Below are positions 12,089 to 24,762 of a stretch of DNA of 64,000 nt, one piece after another. The notes below the pieces were generated by a model. It saw nothing but the letters and a program-made list of their open reading frames with translations. It was not told the origin of the DNA and did no database searches. The position numbers and the translations under genes were made by a program. Within the stretch, counting starts at the first letter, position 1; the number at the start of each line of letters is the position of its first letter. Origin of the DNA: Octopus vulgaris (Eukaryota); the NCBI GenBank assembly GCA_951406725.2, contig OX597838.1, forward strand, positions 31,992,001 through 32,056,000, given 5' to 3'.

Positions 12089-13784
12089 ATATCTTTGTAA
12101 AAAAAGCATCTATGCCATCAAATATGGTGTGTTTGTGTGTGTGTGTGTGTATGTGTAAACGGTACAGTTATGGTTGACTGGTTCTGAAGTTTGCTCATCC
12201 ACAATCGTGAAATGCTGAAATTCGATCCCACTACGGCATATCTCTACCTGACCTTAAGGTTGACCCGTTCCCCCCCACACACACACACATTCCTAGCTTT
12301 CTTAGTAAAAACTCAGCAAGTGAAGTGTCACTCAAGATGGAATCAAGTGTTACTTATCGCTTGTCCTTTGAATTACATATGTGTCATTGTATGTGTTTGT
12401 GCTTGTTCTTATGTCATTATGTATGTGTTTGTATGCCATATGTATTATATGTTATACATATGCCTCACACACACACACACACACACACACTAAAACCTTA
12501 CACAGAAAAATCAAACCTCATATTTTGATAAACTACATTTGATACTGATCAAGGTCACTGCATATATCATCATCATCACCATCATCATTATTATCATCGT
12601 TTAACATCGGCTTTCCATGCTGGCATGGGTTGGACAGTTTGACTAAGGGCTGGTACTCGATTTATATCGACCCCCCGAATGGACGAAAGGCAAAGTCGAC
12701 CTCAGCGGAATTTGAACTCAGAACATAACAGCAGACGAAATATCTCAATTCTTTCTTTCTTGCCTTCTGTCCCCTACTCTAAGTTGACCCCATGTTATAT
12801 AACACTTCTGTTTCTATTATAACCAGTTTCTGCTCTCTGTCTCTGAGACCTCTCTTCATTATGTATCTCTCACTGCCACCCCCACATCCCATATCCCTTA
12901 TACTCCCACACACTTCTGCCCCGGATCCACAACAGACAATATAGATGAAACAACACACACATAAGGACAAAAAAAAAAACAAAAAAAAACATTTATTGGA
13001 AATAAACAAATGGATTAATGGAAAAATCTTTTGGTTTTGAAATAAGAAAAACATCTTATTGTTGCCATAGCAACACACATACATGCATGTATGTACCCTG
13101 CACACACACACACACACACACACACACTCTCTCTCTCTCTCTCCTTTGTTCTGAAATTTCACTCTCTCTCTCTCCCCTTTGTTCTGAAATGTCACCCTCT
13201 CTCTCTCTCTCTCTATCTCTCCACCATTTCTTCTTCTCCATCCCTCTTGTTTTTGATTTTATCGACTACACAGTATAGTAGGGTCTGTTGGGCACTGTTC
13301 ATGAGAAAAAACAGCACCGTGATGCAATTCACTTTGCCAGAAATTTGGAAACAACATGCTGTACTGCTTGACCTTCACACTGGAAGCTCCAAGACGAACA
13401 TTTCAGAGCAGCAAGACGTGGTCAAGATTGCTGGAGATAAGACTGGACACAGGAATTGCTGGAGACTTTGGAAGTGAACTTTGATAAGAAACCACCATCT
13501 GCAGGACTCCTCTCCAATATTTACCAGGGTAATTTAACTAACTTGTTTCCCCTAATCCTCCTTAGACTCACATATTAAGGAGACTCTTTGATCCTTAATT
13601 GGAGAGTCTGTTGATGGCAGTTTGTGTGTCACAGTCTTATTTGTGAAACAGGAGCCTGTTTGAATCTGGAATCTTCAACCTACCAGATGCTCCCACTGGT
13701 CTTACGGCGTGGTTGGTCCCCAGCTCAATTATTTCTGTTTCCCTTCTACTGATGCTAAGGTTATCCAGCCCTTTTTTCTTTTTT

Positions 13785-14298
13785 GTAGGGGTTTCTCTTT
13801 AACCTCTATTGTGGACCAGCCAGATAGACTTTGTTTGATAATCCGATCGTCAACAGATTAACAGATTATACTGGATTCCATGTTGCATGTAGTGCTCAGA
13901 AGGGTCCTGAAAGGCCCTTTTGTAACAACATGGGGACCTATTTATTTTTTTCAGGGGTTTCTCGTAAACCTCTGTTGTGGACTAGCCAGATGGACATTGG
14001 TGATTTGCTTGTTGATAATCCAGTAATTAACAGATTAACAGATTATACTGGATTTCATGTTGCATGTAGTGCTCAGAAGGGTCCTGAAAGGCCCTTTTGT
14101 AACAACATGGGGACCTATTTATTTTTTTCAGGGGTTTCTCGTAAACCTCTGTTGTGGACCAGCAAGATGGACATTGGTGATTTGCTTGTTGATAATCCAG
14201 TAATTAACAGATTAACAGATTATACTGGATTCGGTGTTACATGTAGTTTTCATGAGGGTCCTGAAAGGCCCTTTTGTAACAACATGGGGACCTATTTT
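13785..14298. repeat. 177-bp tandem repeat, ~3 units
   Basis: gattatactg recurs at 13864, 14041, 14218. Confidence 0.95.
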
Positions 14299-14716
14299 GT
14301 GGTCACCTCGCTCCACTGCCTCCCCGACTCCAAATAGCTCCCAAATTTCCCTTAAGTCCCATTCAGCTTTCTTAAACAAAGACAGTCACTTTAGATCATG
14401 TAGTCCTAGATACACTGGGACAGAAAATAAGACTGGAGGTCCATGGCTGAACTATTGATGATCTTGGGTCTGCCTGATTAGATTAAACAACAAAAACAAA
14501 TGAACAAACAAACAAAAAAACAATCATCACCAACAACACTACCACCACCACCACCACATTCATCACGACTATTACCACCACCACTACCACTAACAACAAC
14601 AACAGCTGCCATGTTGATATCAACATGTTTCCACTCAGTTGTTCTAGTGATTGGAAAATGTGACAGATGGTCTCTCTCTCTCTCTATCTCTGTTTCTGTG
14701 TGTGTGTGTATTTGTG

Positions 14717-14752
<36 letters not shown>

Positions 14753-15214
14753 AATAATGCTCACACATGCACACACATGCATAACCATCCCTCTATTATC
14801 TTTTTACTTGTTAACCTATCTGCTAGTCTATCCAGTAGAGAGACTAGTAGATAGGTTAATATCAACTACTTGCCCCCACTTCTCTCTGTCTCTTTGCCCC
14901 CAACTCCCATTCATAATCATGATCATCATCATCAGTCTATCATCATTTCTAGGAAAATATTTTGTTGTGAAAACAATAAAACTTTAGACTTCTGTTCAGT
15001 CCTATTATCTCAATGCCCTTTTACAAACAGAGACAAAACAACAACAGCAACAACAACAACAATCACCCAATAAGGCTTGAAAAAACAATAAAGGCTGTTT
15101 GTAATTTTTTACACTATTTCATTGGGGACAGCTAGGATCTTTCGATTGGTATTTGGCTTTGAAGTATTGTGGAGAGAGAACCTCTGAGATGTTTGACAAA
15201 TGGTTGCTTTTCTT

Positions 15215-15606
15215 TTGACTTTTGCTTGTTTCAGCCATTTGACTGTGGCCATGCTGGAGCACCGCCTTTAGTCGAGCAAATCGACCCCGGGACTTATTCT
15301 TTGTAAGCCCAGTACTTATTCTATTGGTTCTCTTTTTGCCGAACCGCTAAGTGACGGGGACGTAAACACATCAGTATCGGTTGTCAAGCAATGCTAGGGG
15401 GACAAACACAGACACACAAACATATATATATATATATACATATATACGACAGGCTTCTTTCAGTTTCCGTCTACCAAATCCACTCACAAGGCATTGGTCG
15501 GCCCGGGGCTATAGCAGAAGACACTTGCCCAAGATGCCACGCAGTGGGACTGAACCCGGAACCATGTGGTTGGTTAGCAAGCTACTTACCACACAGCCAC
15601 TCCTGC
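15215..15606 (-). mobile_element. SINE family A
   Basis: Full consensus. Confidence 0.9.
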
Positions 15607-15691
15607 TGTCCACTCTTACAGAACTGACCAGAGCGACTATGATCAAGAAGGAAAATGGAAATAATTCAGTAAAACTGACAACACCCTAGAC

Positions 15692-15892
15692 CAGTGCTTT
15701 TCAAACTTTTTGCTGAAGCGGAACCCCATGGAAACATTCCACTGGCTCGAGGAACCCCTGTGCAATAATTTAATTGTCTTATGCACACATATCTGCACAG
15801 GAGAATTAAAAATTACTGTCGATTTTAGCAGTTTTGTAACTTCTTGCCGAACCCCTGGACTGTACTGGCGGAACCCTGGTTGAAAACCACTG
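15692..15892. mobile_element. hAT (Charlie/Buster-type) MITE
   Basis: TIR CAGTGCTTTTCAA / TTGAAAACCACTG; perfect 8-bp TSD CCCTAGAC with central TA. Confidence 0.92.
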
Positions 15893-16327
15893 CCCTAGAC
15901 AGAATGCTTAGCTGCATTTCGTCTGCCGTTATGTTCTGAATCCAAATGTCACTGAAGTGATAAGACCCAATGCAGTATACACAAATCTGATTAATCTGCA
16001 TTTTCAGGGGCCCATAATCGGCATCGGAAATTTTTTTTAGTCAACAACAGTTCAAGGAACCTGATTAATGTTTGTTGCAAATTTGGAGGAAAGCGACTGG
16101 ATACTCTTCAGGTTACAGGCCTTAATGCTGCGCGAAAATGTTTAAAAAATGCAGTTTATCTGCCCCTGGGCCTGCATTAGGCAAAAAGCTGAAATTTTTT
16201 GGGGCCCATAACACTCCATGTACCCTATGTGACACATGTGTAAAATTTCATTAAAATCGGTTGGGTAGATCTCAAGCTTTAACAACATGACAAATACACA
16301 GACAGACACACATTCTGTGTTTTGTGT

Positions 16328-16735
16328 ACTCTTTTACTCTTTTTACTCTTTTACTTGTTTCAGTCATTTGACTGCGGCCATGCTGGAGCACCGCCTTTAG
16401 TCGAGCAAATCGACCCCGGGACTTATTCTTTGTAAGCCCAGTACTTATTCTATCAGTCTCTTTTTTGCCGAACTACTAAGTGACGGGGATGTAAACACAC
16501 CAGCATCGGTTGTCAAGCAATGCTAGGGGGACAAACACAGACACACATACAGACACATATATATATATATACATATATACGACGGGCTTCTTTCAGTTTC
16601 CATCTACCAAATCCACTCACAAGGCATTGGTCGGCCCGGGGCTATAGCAGAAGACACTTGCCCAAGACGCCACGCAGTGGGACTGAACCCGGAACCATGT
16701 GGTTGGTTAGCAAGCTACTTACCACACAGCCACTC
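16328..16735 (-). mobile_element. SINE family A
   Basis: Full consensus with (ctctttta)n tail. Confidence 0.9.
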
Positions 16736-17013
16736 ATATAAATGGATGAATGAATTATCCTTTGTTTACCGTTAACATGGAAAATTCAATAAATTGTTAT
16801 AATATCTTGTTGTTGAGATAGGCTCTCTTTCTTTCCTGATGAGAAGATTGCATTTTTCACTGTTTATTCCTTTGGAATAATACCATGTTGTCTTCGAAAC
16901 ATATGTCGAAAGTAAAAGAGTTTTAATTACATCTTCGTTCAACTCCATTTATTTACGTGCCCCAGCATGGCCACAGCTCATAAGCTGAAACTGGAAAAAT
17001 CAAAATCAAAATC

Positions 17014-17052
<39 letters not shown>

Positions 17053-17517
17053 TCTACAGTTTGTTGTAGATATTTTGTATTTAGTTAAGAAAGAAGGGAC
17101 AGCGCCCATCACCTCCAGAATGCTGCCCACAACATTGGTGATGTCTGACACTTAACTAATGTCACAGGTTGACAAAGTCTACCTAGCTATAAGTAGGTGC
17201 TACCACCACCACTATCTTACTACTGGTGCTACTAAAAAAACCACCATTGCTACTACAAGTGTATGATGTAGATGTTGATGTTTGTGGGTGGAGGGAAACA
17301 GAATTGGGGTGGATGGTTGGTGGAACTGAAATGGAATGTATTCCAGGACAACAAAATAGGTCAGACTTCTAAACAATAACAAGAACAATAACAACATTCT
17401 CCTTGAACCTTTATCTTAAGAAAAGCAAAAGAATTTTATCTTCAATATATCTCCCCCTCCCCCACCACACCCTTCTCATGTGCACACACACACACACACA
17501 CATACACACACACATAT

Positions 17518-17550
<33 letters not shown>

Positions 17551-17749
17551 CTCACTCTGGTGTTAAACTAGCTATGGTCTGTTGCCTCCAGTTCAAGATG
17601 GCCTGAGACCAATTAACAAATTCTGAAATCATAAATTGTAAATATCTGAGATGACTTGGATGCAATTCCGATTATACCTCCCCTCCCTGCACTACACTGG
17701 AATCTTCTACCTCCTCGATGGGTCCATCACCCCCACTGAACGTACTGTA

Positions 17750-18065
17750 ATTTGGTCCCATAACTCAGTTGATCAAGAGACCAACAAAACTCCTTGTAAC
17801 AGCAAAAATGAACTGAAGGCAAGGATTATGGCAGCATTCACCAGTTTAAACAAGGAGACCGTCCAGAAGAATTGCAGGAGATTCCAAAGTCGTCTGGAGG
17901 CCATGGTTGAAGCCAATGTTGATTTTTTTGAAAAAAATTACCCTTTAATATTTCAAGATATTTTTATGTAATTTTAGTAAATATATCTGTCAAAATGAGA
18001 TGCCAGTGTTATTTTCATTTTTGTGTAATTTAGATGACAATTTATTCACTGTTCTTCCTGTTTGT
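17750..18065 (+). mobile_element. Tc1/mariner transposase C-terminal remnant
   Basis: ELKARIMAAFTSLNKETVQKNCRRFQSRLEAMVEANVDFFE resembles Tc1-family C-termini; possible N-terminal remnant at ~13311-13410. Confidence 0.7.
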
Positions 18066-18264
18066 ATCAACATATATCTATGTACAGGTCGACTTTGCCT
18101 TTCATCCTCTCGGGGTCGATAAATAAAGTACCAGTTTCGCACTGGGGTCGATGTAATCGAATTAATCCCTTTGTCTGTCCTTGTTTCTTCCCTCTATGTT
18201 TAGCCCCTTGTGGGCAATAAAGAAATATATATCTATATACATACATACATACATGCATACATAT

Positions 18265-18436
18265 TTTTTTTCCTCTGTCTTCCCTTCTCTGGATCTTTCC
18301 TTCTCCTATGTTTCCGACAAAGAGCTCCACTCGAAACGTTAAACCCTCCTTCTTTCCTTCTTTCCTGAGCGTCCAATAATACTATATTTGTTCCACGTCC
18401 TCGCGTTGTTGTTTTTTTGTGCTTTCTTGTTTGGAT

Positions 18437-18440
<4 letters not shown>
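18265..18440 (+). mobile_element. Penelope-like element fragment
   Basis: Island between TA-rich tracts carrying a degenerate hammerhead at 18310-18344. Confidence 0.5.
18310..18344 (+). ncRNA. Degenerate minimal type I hammerhead motif
   Basis: GTTT-CCGACAA-A-GAG CTCCA CTC-GAAA-CG-TT-AAAC. Stem I GTTT/AAAC, palindromic ACGT stem III; core mutated at positions 4 and 8. Confidence 0.5.
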
Positions 18441-18505
<65 letters not shown>

Positions 18506-18580
18506 TATTTAATTTATATCTATTCTATGATTTAATCTGTTCAATTTCCCTTCTGGAAATGATGATGGTAGTGATGATGT

Positions 18581-18632
18581 TGATGACTGGAAACTGAGCA
18601 GATTAAATCATAGAATAGATAGAAATTAAATA

Positions 18633-18666
<34 letters not shown>

Positions 18667-18718
18667 TATTTAATTTCTATCTATTCTATGATTTAATCTG
18701 CTCAGTTTCCAGTCATCA
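18581..18718. repeat. Perfect 138-bp palindrome centred on (TA)14
   Basis: 55-bp arms 18581-18635 and 18664-18718 are exact reverse complements. Confidence 0.97.
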
Positions 18719-20538
18719 TCAGGCATTTATCTTATTCTGAGAAATGTCCAGGGAGTGTCCCTGACTGGATTTGAACTAGGAACTAAGAGTAAAAATGATG
18801 ATGATGGGTGTGACCATTGATGACTGATGCTGATGGTTAATGATGACTAATGATGACCAATGATGATGTAAGAAACGATTATCATGGTGTGGTGATGATG
18901 AGTCTGATTGATAACGAAGATGGTAGTGGGGATTTTGGTGATGCTGATGTTGATGGTAATGATGATGATGGTAGTGATGATGATGATGTGATTCATGATG
19001 TCGGTGATGATGTTGATGGTTGTTGTGGTGTTGATTAATCTTGACTTAATGATGGTAGTGGGGATTTTGGTGATGCTGATGTTGATGGTAATGATGATGA
19101 TGGTAGTGATGGTGATGATGCGATTAATGATGATGCATGATGAAGATAACGACAGTGATGATGATGATGATGATGATTGTTAGTATTGTTTAGCCCCAGG
19201 TCAGCTTTGATACAACATACCTATGATCAAATATGTCTCCGCCAGCCATGATCATCCTGTCTTTTCCCTTGGCACAGTTTATCCAGGAGTAAATTATCTA
19301 TTGTGTCCTTCTTTTCTCGGATAGAAGGCTCTGATTTGATGGTGATTTGGCTGCTATTGTTAGCAAGTTAAGCAAGTGCTTAAAGGCTCCATCAAAACAA
19401 GGGCTCATATGCTGTGTAAAAACTCATTCCTCCGATGCCAACATTGGAAGTGGATATTGTGGTGGTGGTGGTGGTGGTGGTGGTGGTGGTGGCGGTGGTA
19501 GCGGTGGTGGTGGCTGTTAACCAGCCCTGACCCAGCAGATCTTTGATCAAGTGTGTTCCAACCTGATTATCCGATATGTCCTTCCTGGTTTGAAGATAGT
19601 CAGTGTGATCTGAAGAAGATTTGACTACTATTTCTAACAAGTCAAGCTATATATCTAAGACCCCCATCAGTCATGACACTGACCATGGGATTGCACCTAG
19701 GAAGTTCCCCTCCCGGGCACAAGTCCGGGCAAGGTTGTTTATGGAAGACCAGCAGTCGCCCATGCATACCGGCCTCCCCACTCCACACCACACCACCAGT
19801 GTTATCCAAGGGAAAGGCAAGGGCCGATACAGCTTGGCACCTGTGACGTCGCAACTCATTTCTACAGCTGAGTGAACTGGAGCAATAAAGTGTCTTGCTC
19901 AAGAACACAACACTCAGCCTGGTCCGGGATTCAAGCTCACAACCTAACAATCGTAAGCTTGACGCTCTAACCACTGAGCCATGTGCCTTCACCAAGCTAT
20001 ATATATATATATATGTATGTAGAAAAATACGGACTGGGACAAGAACGTAAAACATTGAGAAGACGATACAAAAACATGGACGGGACATTCGAAGCCTTCA
20101 ATCTTCAGTCAAGAACCGGATCATCCTAGCAATTTCGGCTGATATATATATATATATAAAACCCTCATTGATTTGTAGTGATGATGATGATGATAATGGT
20201 GATGTCATTGATGCAGTTAAGGTGGTTAACATGCCAGACAAAATGCTTAACCTCATTTCACTTGTCTTTACGTTGTGAGTTCAAATTCCACCAAGGTCGA
20301 CTTTGCCTTTCATCCTTTTGGGGGGTCAACGAAATATGTACCAGTTGAGCACTGGGGTCAATGTAATCATCAACCCCGCCTCTCCCCTCTCTAAACCACT
20401 CCTCACAAAATTTCAGGCCTTGTGCCTTTAATAGAAAAGATATTATTGAAGAAGTTGATGATGTTAATAATACTGTTGATGATGATGATGATGATATTGA
20501 TGTTGATGGTGTTAATGATGATTCTGTTGTATTTTCAG

Positions 20539-20643
20539 GATTTACCTGTGTACCTGGAACGTTGGCACTAAACCCCCGCCCGATGACCTAGCGTCGCTAC
20601 TCTCACTCGATACGGACCTGCGCCCAGATATCTATGTTATTGG
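20539..20643 (+). CDS. INPP5K: 5-phosphatase exon 2 (R-IYLCTWNVGTKPPPDDLASLLSLDTDLRPDIYVI-G)
   Basis: ttttcag acceptor, GG|gtaagt donor; TWNV and PDIYVIG motifs; 105 nt. Confidence 0.95.
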
Positions 20644-21071
20644 GTAAGTGTGTCATCCACCCCACCTACCCTTTATACCCTTGCTACCTTTATACATGTA
20701 CTCCCCACTACCTTAACTACTTCTTACCTCTAAAACTGTTTTTTTTCTCTGTCTACAGGTGAATACCTTGACTCACTCATCATAGATGAAAGCAAACCTA
20801 AAACATTTGTTTTATTCTTTACTCTTGATTTAGAAAAACCTAGTCTAAAGCATTCCAGCTATAACCACGCTGGTTTTTTTTTTCTGGCAAAGTGTATTTA
20901 AGACTACATTACATTATATGTTCTTTTAGTTTTTAAGATTTGGCTGTTGTATAAGCATATATACACATACATAAACACACATATGTACTCATGCATACAT
21001 ACAAAATACATGCGTACATACATGCCTACATGCATATATACATATGCACACATCCATGTATACGCATATAC

Positions 21072-21610
21072 ATGGTGGCTGCCCCCTCGTTATTGAGTAT
21101 GGCCATTGCACAAAGCTTAATCAATGTTGTTATCGTGCAATGCCTGTGCAAGAAGATTTTTTGTAAAATGAGGAAAGGCTATGCACTGAGTCAATCCCAC
21201 TCACTAAGCAACAGTAGCCATAATCCGAAAAGAAGTGCAAGTCAACATCATCGGTAACCACTGAGCCGCAGGTTTTATGTCGGAGTTATCCCAGTTACCT
21301 GAGTTACCTTCTCCTAGAAGGATGCCCTAACAAAGGCTAGGAGTCCTTCACTCCCAATGGTTTAATCATGCGATCGGGTATTCAGTCCGATTATTTCTAT
21401 GTCCCCGCGCATAATAAAGCCTTAAGACATTTATTGGATGGCCGTTGACTCTCAAGAGTTCCTCCGCCCTTTGACGGGTTTTGTTTTTCATCCCGCAGGG
21501 TGTCCAATAAACACCCTCTCCGGGGTTGCCAGTTTAGTCGCCGACAACCCGACCATGCAACAGGTTGTACTGGGTTACATGTTACCAGTAGCACTCGAAA
21601 GTGACCTGAC
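21072..21610 (-). mobile_element. Non-coding retroelement derivative, probably LINE 5'UTR-like
   Basis: GC/CpG-richer island between microsatellites containing a gtcg..cgactaaa structured motif; family assignment is inference. Confidence 0.5.
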
Positions 21611-21904
21611 ATACACACATATACATACATGCATACTTACATACATACACATACAAACACACGTATATGTGTGTGTTTGTTTACCAGTGTAAATTATGTT
21701 ACATTGTATTTCCTTATATCAAAGGATGACTTAGCAGTTTGGTTTGGTAAAATGGTGATTGATAAAGTAAGTCCATGACTCAAGTAAGTAATCGGGTCAA
21801 TAGGATTTATCAAAACTATTGAAGGTGGCGCTCCAGCATGGCCATATCTGAAAAGAATAAAAGAATATAAAATATATTTCCAGATACAAATTCCTCTAAT
21901 CTAG

Positions 21905-22065
21905 TAGGGTGTGCTGAAAAGTTCCTGGCTTTAAGGGTATCGTGAAAGGCCTGGTTGGAGGCCCAACCTTCCGAGTTCTTTTACAGGGCTTAGAAAAACT
22001 GAAGGACTGCCGCAATAAACGTGTGAATCTGAGAGGGGAATATGTTGAATAAAATCATAATTAAT
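21905..22065 (+). mobile_element. mariner deletion derivative truncated by a SINE
   Basis: TIR-like ggg.gtgctgaaaagttcc; C-terminal remnant ..VNLRGEYVE*. Confidence 0.65.
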
Positions 22066-22432
22066 GAGTGGCTGTGTGGTAAGTAGCTTGCTAACCAGCC
22101 ACATGGTTCCGGGTTCAGTCCCACTGCGTGGCATCTTGGGCAAGTGTCTTCTGCTATAGCCCCGGGCCGACTAATGCCTTGTGAGTGGATTTGGTAGACG
22201 GAAACTGAAAGAAGCCTGTCGTATATATGTATATATAAATAAAGGCCAATTGCTGGTGTTGTCATGTTATCTCCTGTACAGCAGCACACCTGGTCCCACA
22301 TAGCGGTTCGGCAAAAGAGAGCGATAGAATAAGTACTGGGCTTACAAAGAATAAGTCCCAGGGGCGATTTGCTCGACTAAAGGTGGTGCTCCAGCATGGC
22401 CGCAGTCAGATGATTGAAACAAGTAAAAGAGT
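22066..22432 (+). mobile_element. SINE family A with an internal replacement (~22220-22300)
   Basis: Head and tail match the consensus; the middle is unrelated sequence. Confidence 0.85.
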
Positions 22433-22555
22433 AATTGATCCTCGACTATTTATTTTTACCCCAAACCAGGAACTTTTCATAAACTGCATTCTCATTCCAC
22501 CCCCAGTAAAACACAGCAACAACTCCCTAAAAATCTACTTTTTTTCTCCCTTCAG

Positions 22556-22649
22556 ATTACAAGAAGTGAGTACATCTGATCTCAGTGCTACAGACAATCC
22601 CTGGACAATAAAACTCACCTCTACAATATGTTCCAAAGGTTATATCAGA
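22556..22649 (+). CDS. INPP5K: 5-phosphatase exon 3 (G-LQEVSTSDLSATDNPWTIKLTSTICSKGYIR)
   Basis: Polypyrimidine tract + cag acceptor, AGA|gtaagt donor; completes the GLQE metal-binding motif; 94 nt. Confidence 0.95.
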
Positions 22650-22779
22650 GTAAGTGACCTTCTTCCTCTTAGATTTGGGGTTGGGGTGTTTAATTTTTTA
22701 ATTTGGTTCATTATAAAACTACCTTGATCAAATGCATTGAGAAAATGTATAACAGTGTTATATATGAATATATGAAACA

Positions 22780-23095
22780 GGTGTGGTTGTGTGTCAGAGA
22801 AGTTTGCATCCCAACCACAAGGTTCTGGGTTCAATACCACTACATGGCACTTTGAGTGAGCATCTTCTACTATATCCTTGGACTGACCAAAGCCTTGTGG
22901 GTGGATTGGGTACACAGAAACTGAAAGAAGCTTATCATACATGTGTGTGTGTGTGTTGTGGCAAAAGACACTAATGGAATAAACACCAGGCTTAAAAAAA
23001 ATTCTGGGGTCGATTTTTTTCAATTAAACTACTTCAGGACGGTGCTCCAGCATGGCCACAGTGTGACTGACTGAAACAAGTAAAAAAAAAAGATA
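22780..23095 (+). mobile_element. SINE family A, old copy
   Basis: Diverged head, core and tail. Confidence 0.75.
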
Positions 23096-23204
23096 AAAAA
23101 AGATGTGTTGATGACAGTGTAACATGTAGCTGTGACGTGTGTAAGAGAGTGTAACATGAGTGTAACAGTGTAGAGTACCATTTGTTGTCACAGTACTCTC
23201 TGAG

Positions 23205-23460
23205 TACTCTTCACTCTACTCTCTTCTACTCTTTTACTTGTTTCAGTCATTTGACTGCGGCCATGCTGGAGCACTGCCTTTAGTCAAGCAAATCGACCCC
23301 AGGACATTCTTTGTAAACCTAGTACTTATGCTATCGGTCTCTTTTGCTGAACTGCTAAGTTACGGGGACGTAAACACACCACTATTGGTTGTCAAGCGAT
23401 GTTGGTGGGGACAGACACAAACACATACACACACATATACATACATACATGCATACATAC

Positions 23461-23518
<58 letters not shown>

Positions 23519-23689
23519 GTATATACAACAGGCTTCTTTCAGTTTCTGCCTACAAAATCCACTCTCAAGGCTTTGGTTGGCCCAAGGCTATAGTAGGGCA
23601 CACTTGCCCGAGGTGCCACGCAGTGGGACTGATCCCGGAACCATGTGGTTGGTAAGCAAGCTACTTACCACACAGCCACTCCTGCACCT
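23205..23689 (-). mobile_element. SINE family A
   Basis: Full consensus with an expanded TA tract. Confidence 0.9.
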
Positions 23690-24386
23690 GTTGATACAAA
23701 TATGAAAGGACATTCACCAGCAACACTGGTTCAGATTTCTCTCTCTATCTCTCTCTCTCCCTCCTCTCTTTCTCTCCCCCTTTCTCTCTCTCCTCACTCC
23801 CCCTCTCTCATATTAATTGGTAGAAGCAGCTGTGTATGATGTGAGGTGTGTGAGTTATTGATGTTGTTTGTGTTCTTCGATTACATAAATGTATTTCATT
23901 CTTTCGTGTTGATTCCACAGAGTATTTTATTGCCGTTTTATTGAATGGTTATTGTAGAACAGTGGTCCCTAACCTTTTCACAGTGGTTCCCAGCCCTTTT
24001 ATTTAAATGAGTTTTCCCATGGACCCATTTTAATATGCTTATCCTTATGTGTGTGTGTGTATATATATATCCCTCTCTCTCTCTCTCGGAGAGGCACTGA
24101 GCAGCTATACGCACACATACACACACGGCAGTAACTTCCACCTACCGAATTCAATCACAAAGCTCCGGTCGGCTCGGGGCTATAGTGGAAGACACCTACC
24201 CAAAGTGCCACGCAGTGGGACTGAACCTGAAACCATGTAGCTAGGAAGCAAGCTCCCTAACCACACAGCCATGCCCACGCCTATATATATATATATATTA
24301 AAATTATAAATTAGAGTATCTACGAGATACCACCATGCTGAAAATAGCAGCCATGATCTGACTCTAAAACCACTTTAATTGTCCAT

Positions 24387-24762
24387 GAGTGGCTGTGTGG
24401 TAAGTAGCTTGCTAACCAACCACATGGTTCCGGGTTCAGTCCCACTGCGTGGCATCTTGGGCAAGTGTCTTCTGCTATAGCCTTGGGCCGACCAAAGCCT
24501 TGTGAGTGGATTTGGTAGACGGAAACTGAAAGAAGCCTGTCGTATATATATGTATGTGTGTATGTGTTTGTCCCCCCAACATCGCCTGATAACCACTGCT
24601 GGTGTGTTTATGTCCCTGTCACTTAGCGGTTCGGCAAAAGAGACCAATAGAATAAGTACTGGGCTTACAAAGAATAAATCCTGGGGTCGATTTGCTTGAC
24701 TAAAGGCGGTGCTCAGGCATGGCCGCAGTCAAATGACTGAAACAAGTAAAAGAGTAAAAGAG
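24387..24762 (+). mobile_element. SINE family A (inverted partial copy at ~24125-24282)
   Basis: Full consensus. Confidence 0.9.

Noticed and set aside
13831-14337. 168-aa repetitive ORF
   Set aside because: Open only because the 177-bp repeat unit is a multiple of 3; TTG start and no recognisable domain.
19700-19780. Twister-like CTGCTGGTC..GCCCGG..GAGGG on the minus strand of a SINE-C variant
   Set aside because: Could not place the UAA cleavage segment or both pseudoknots.
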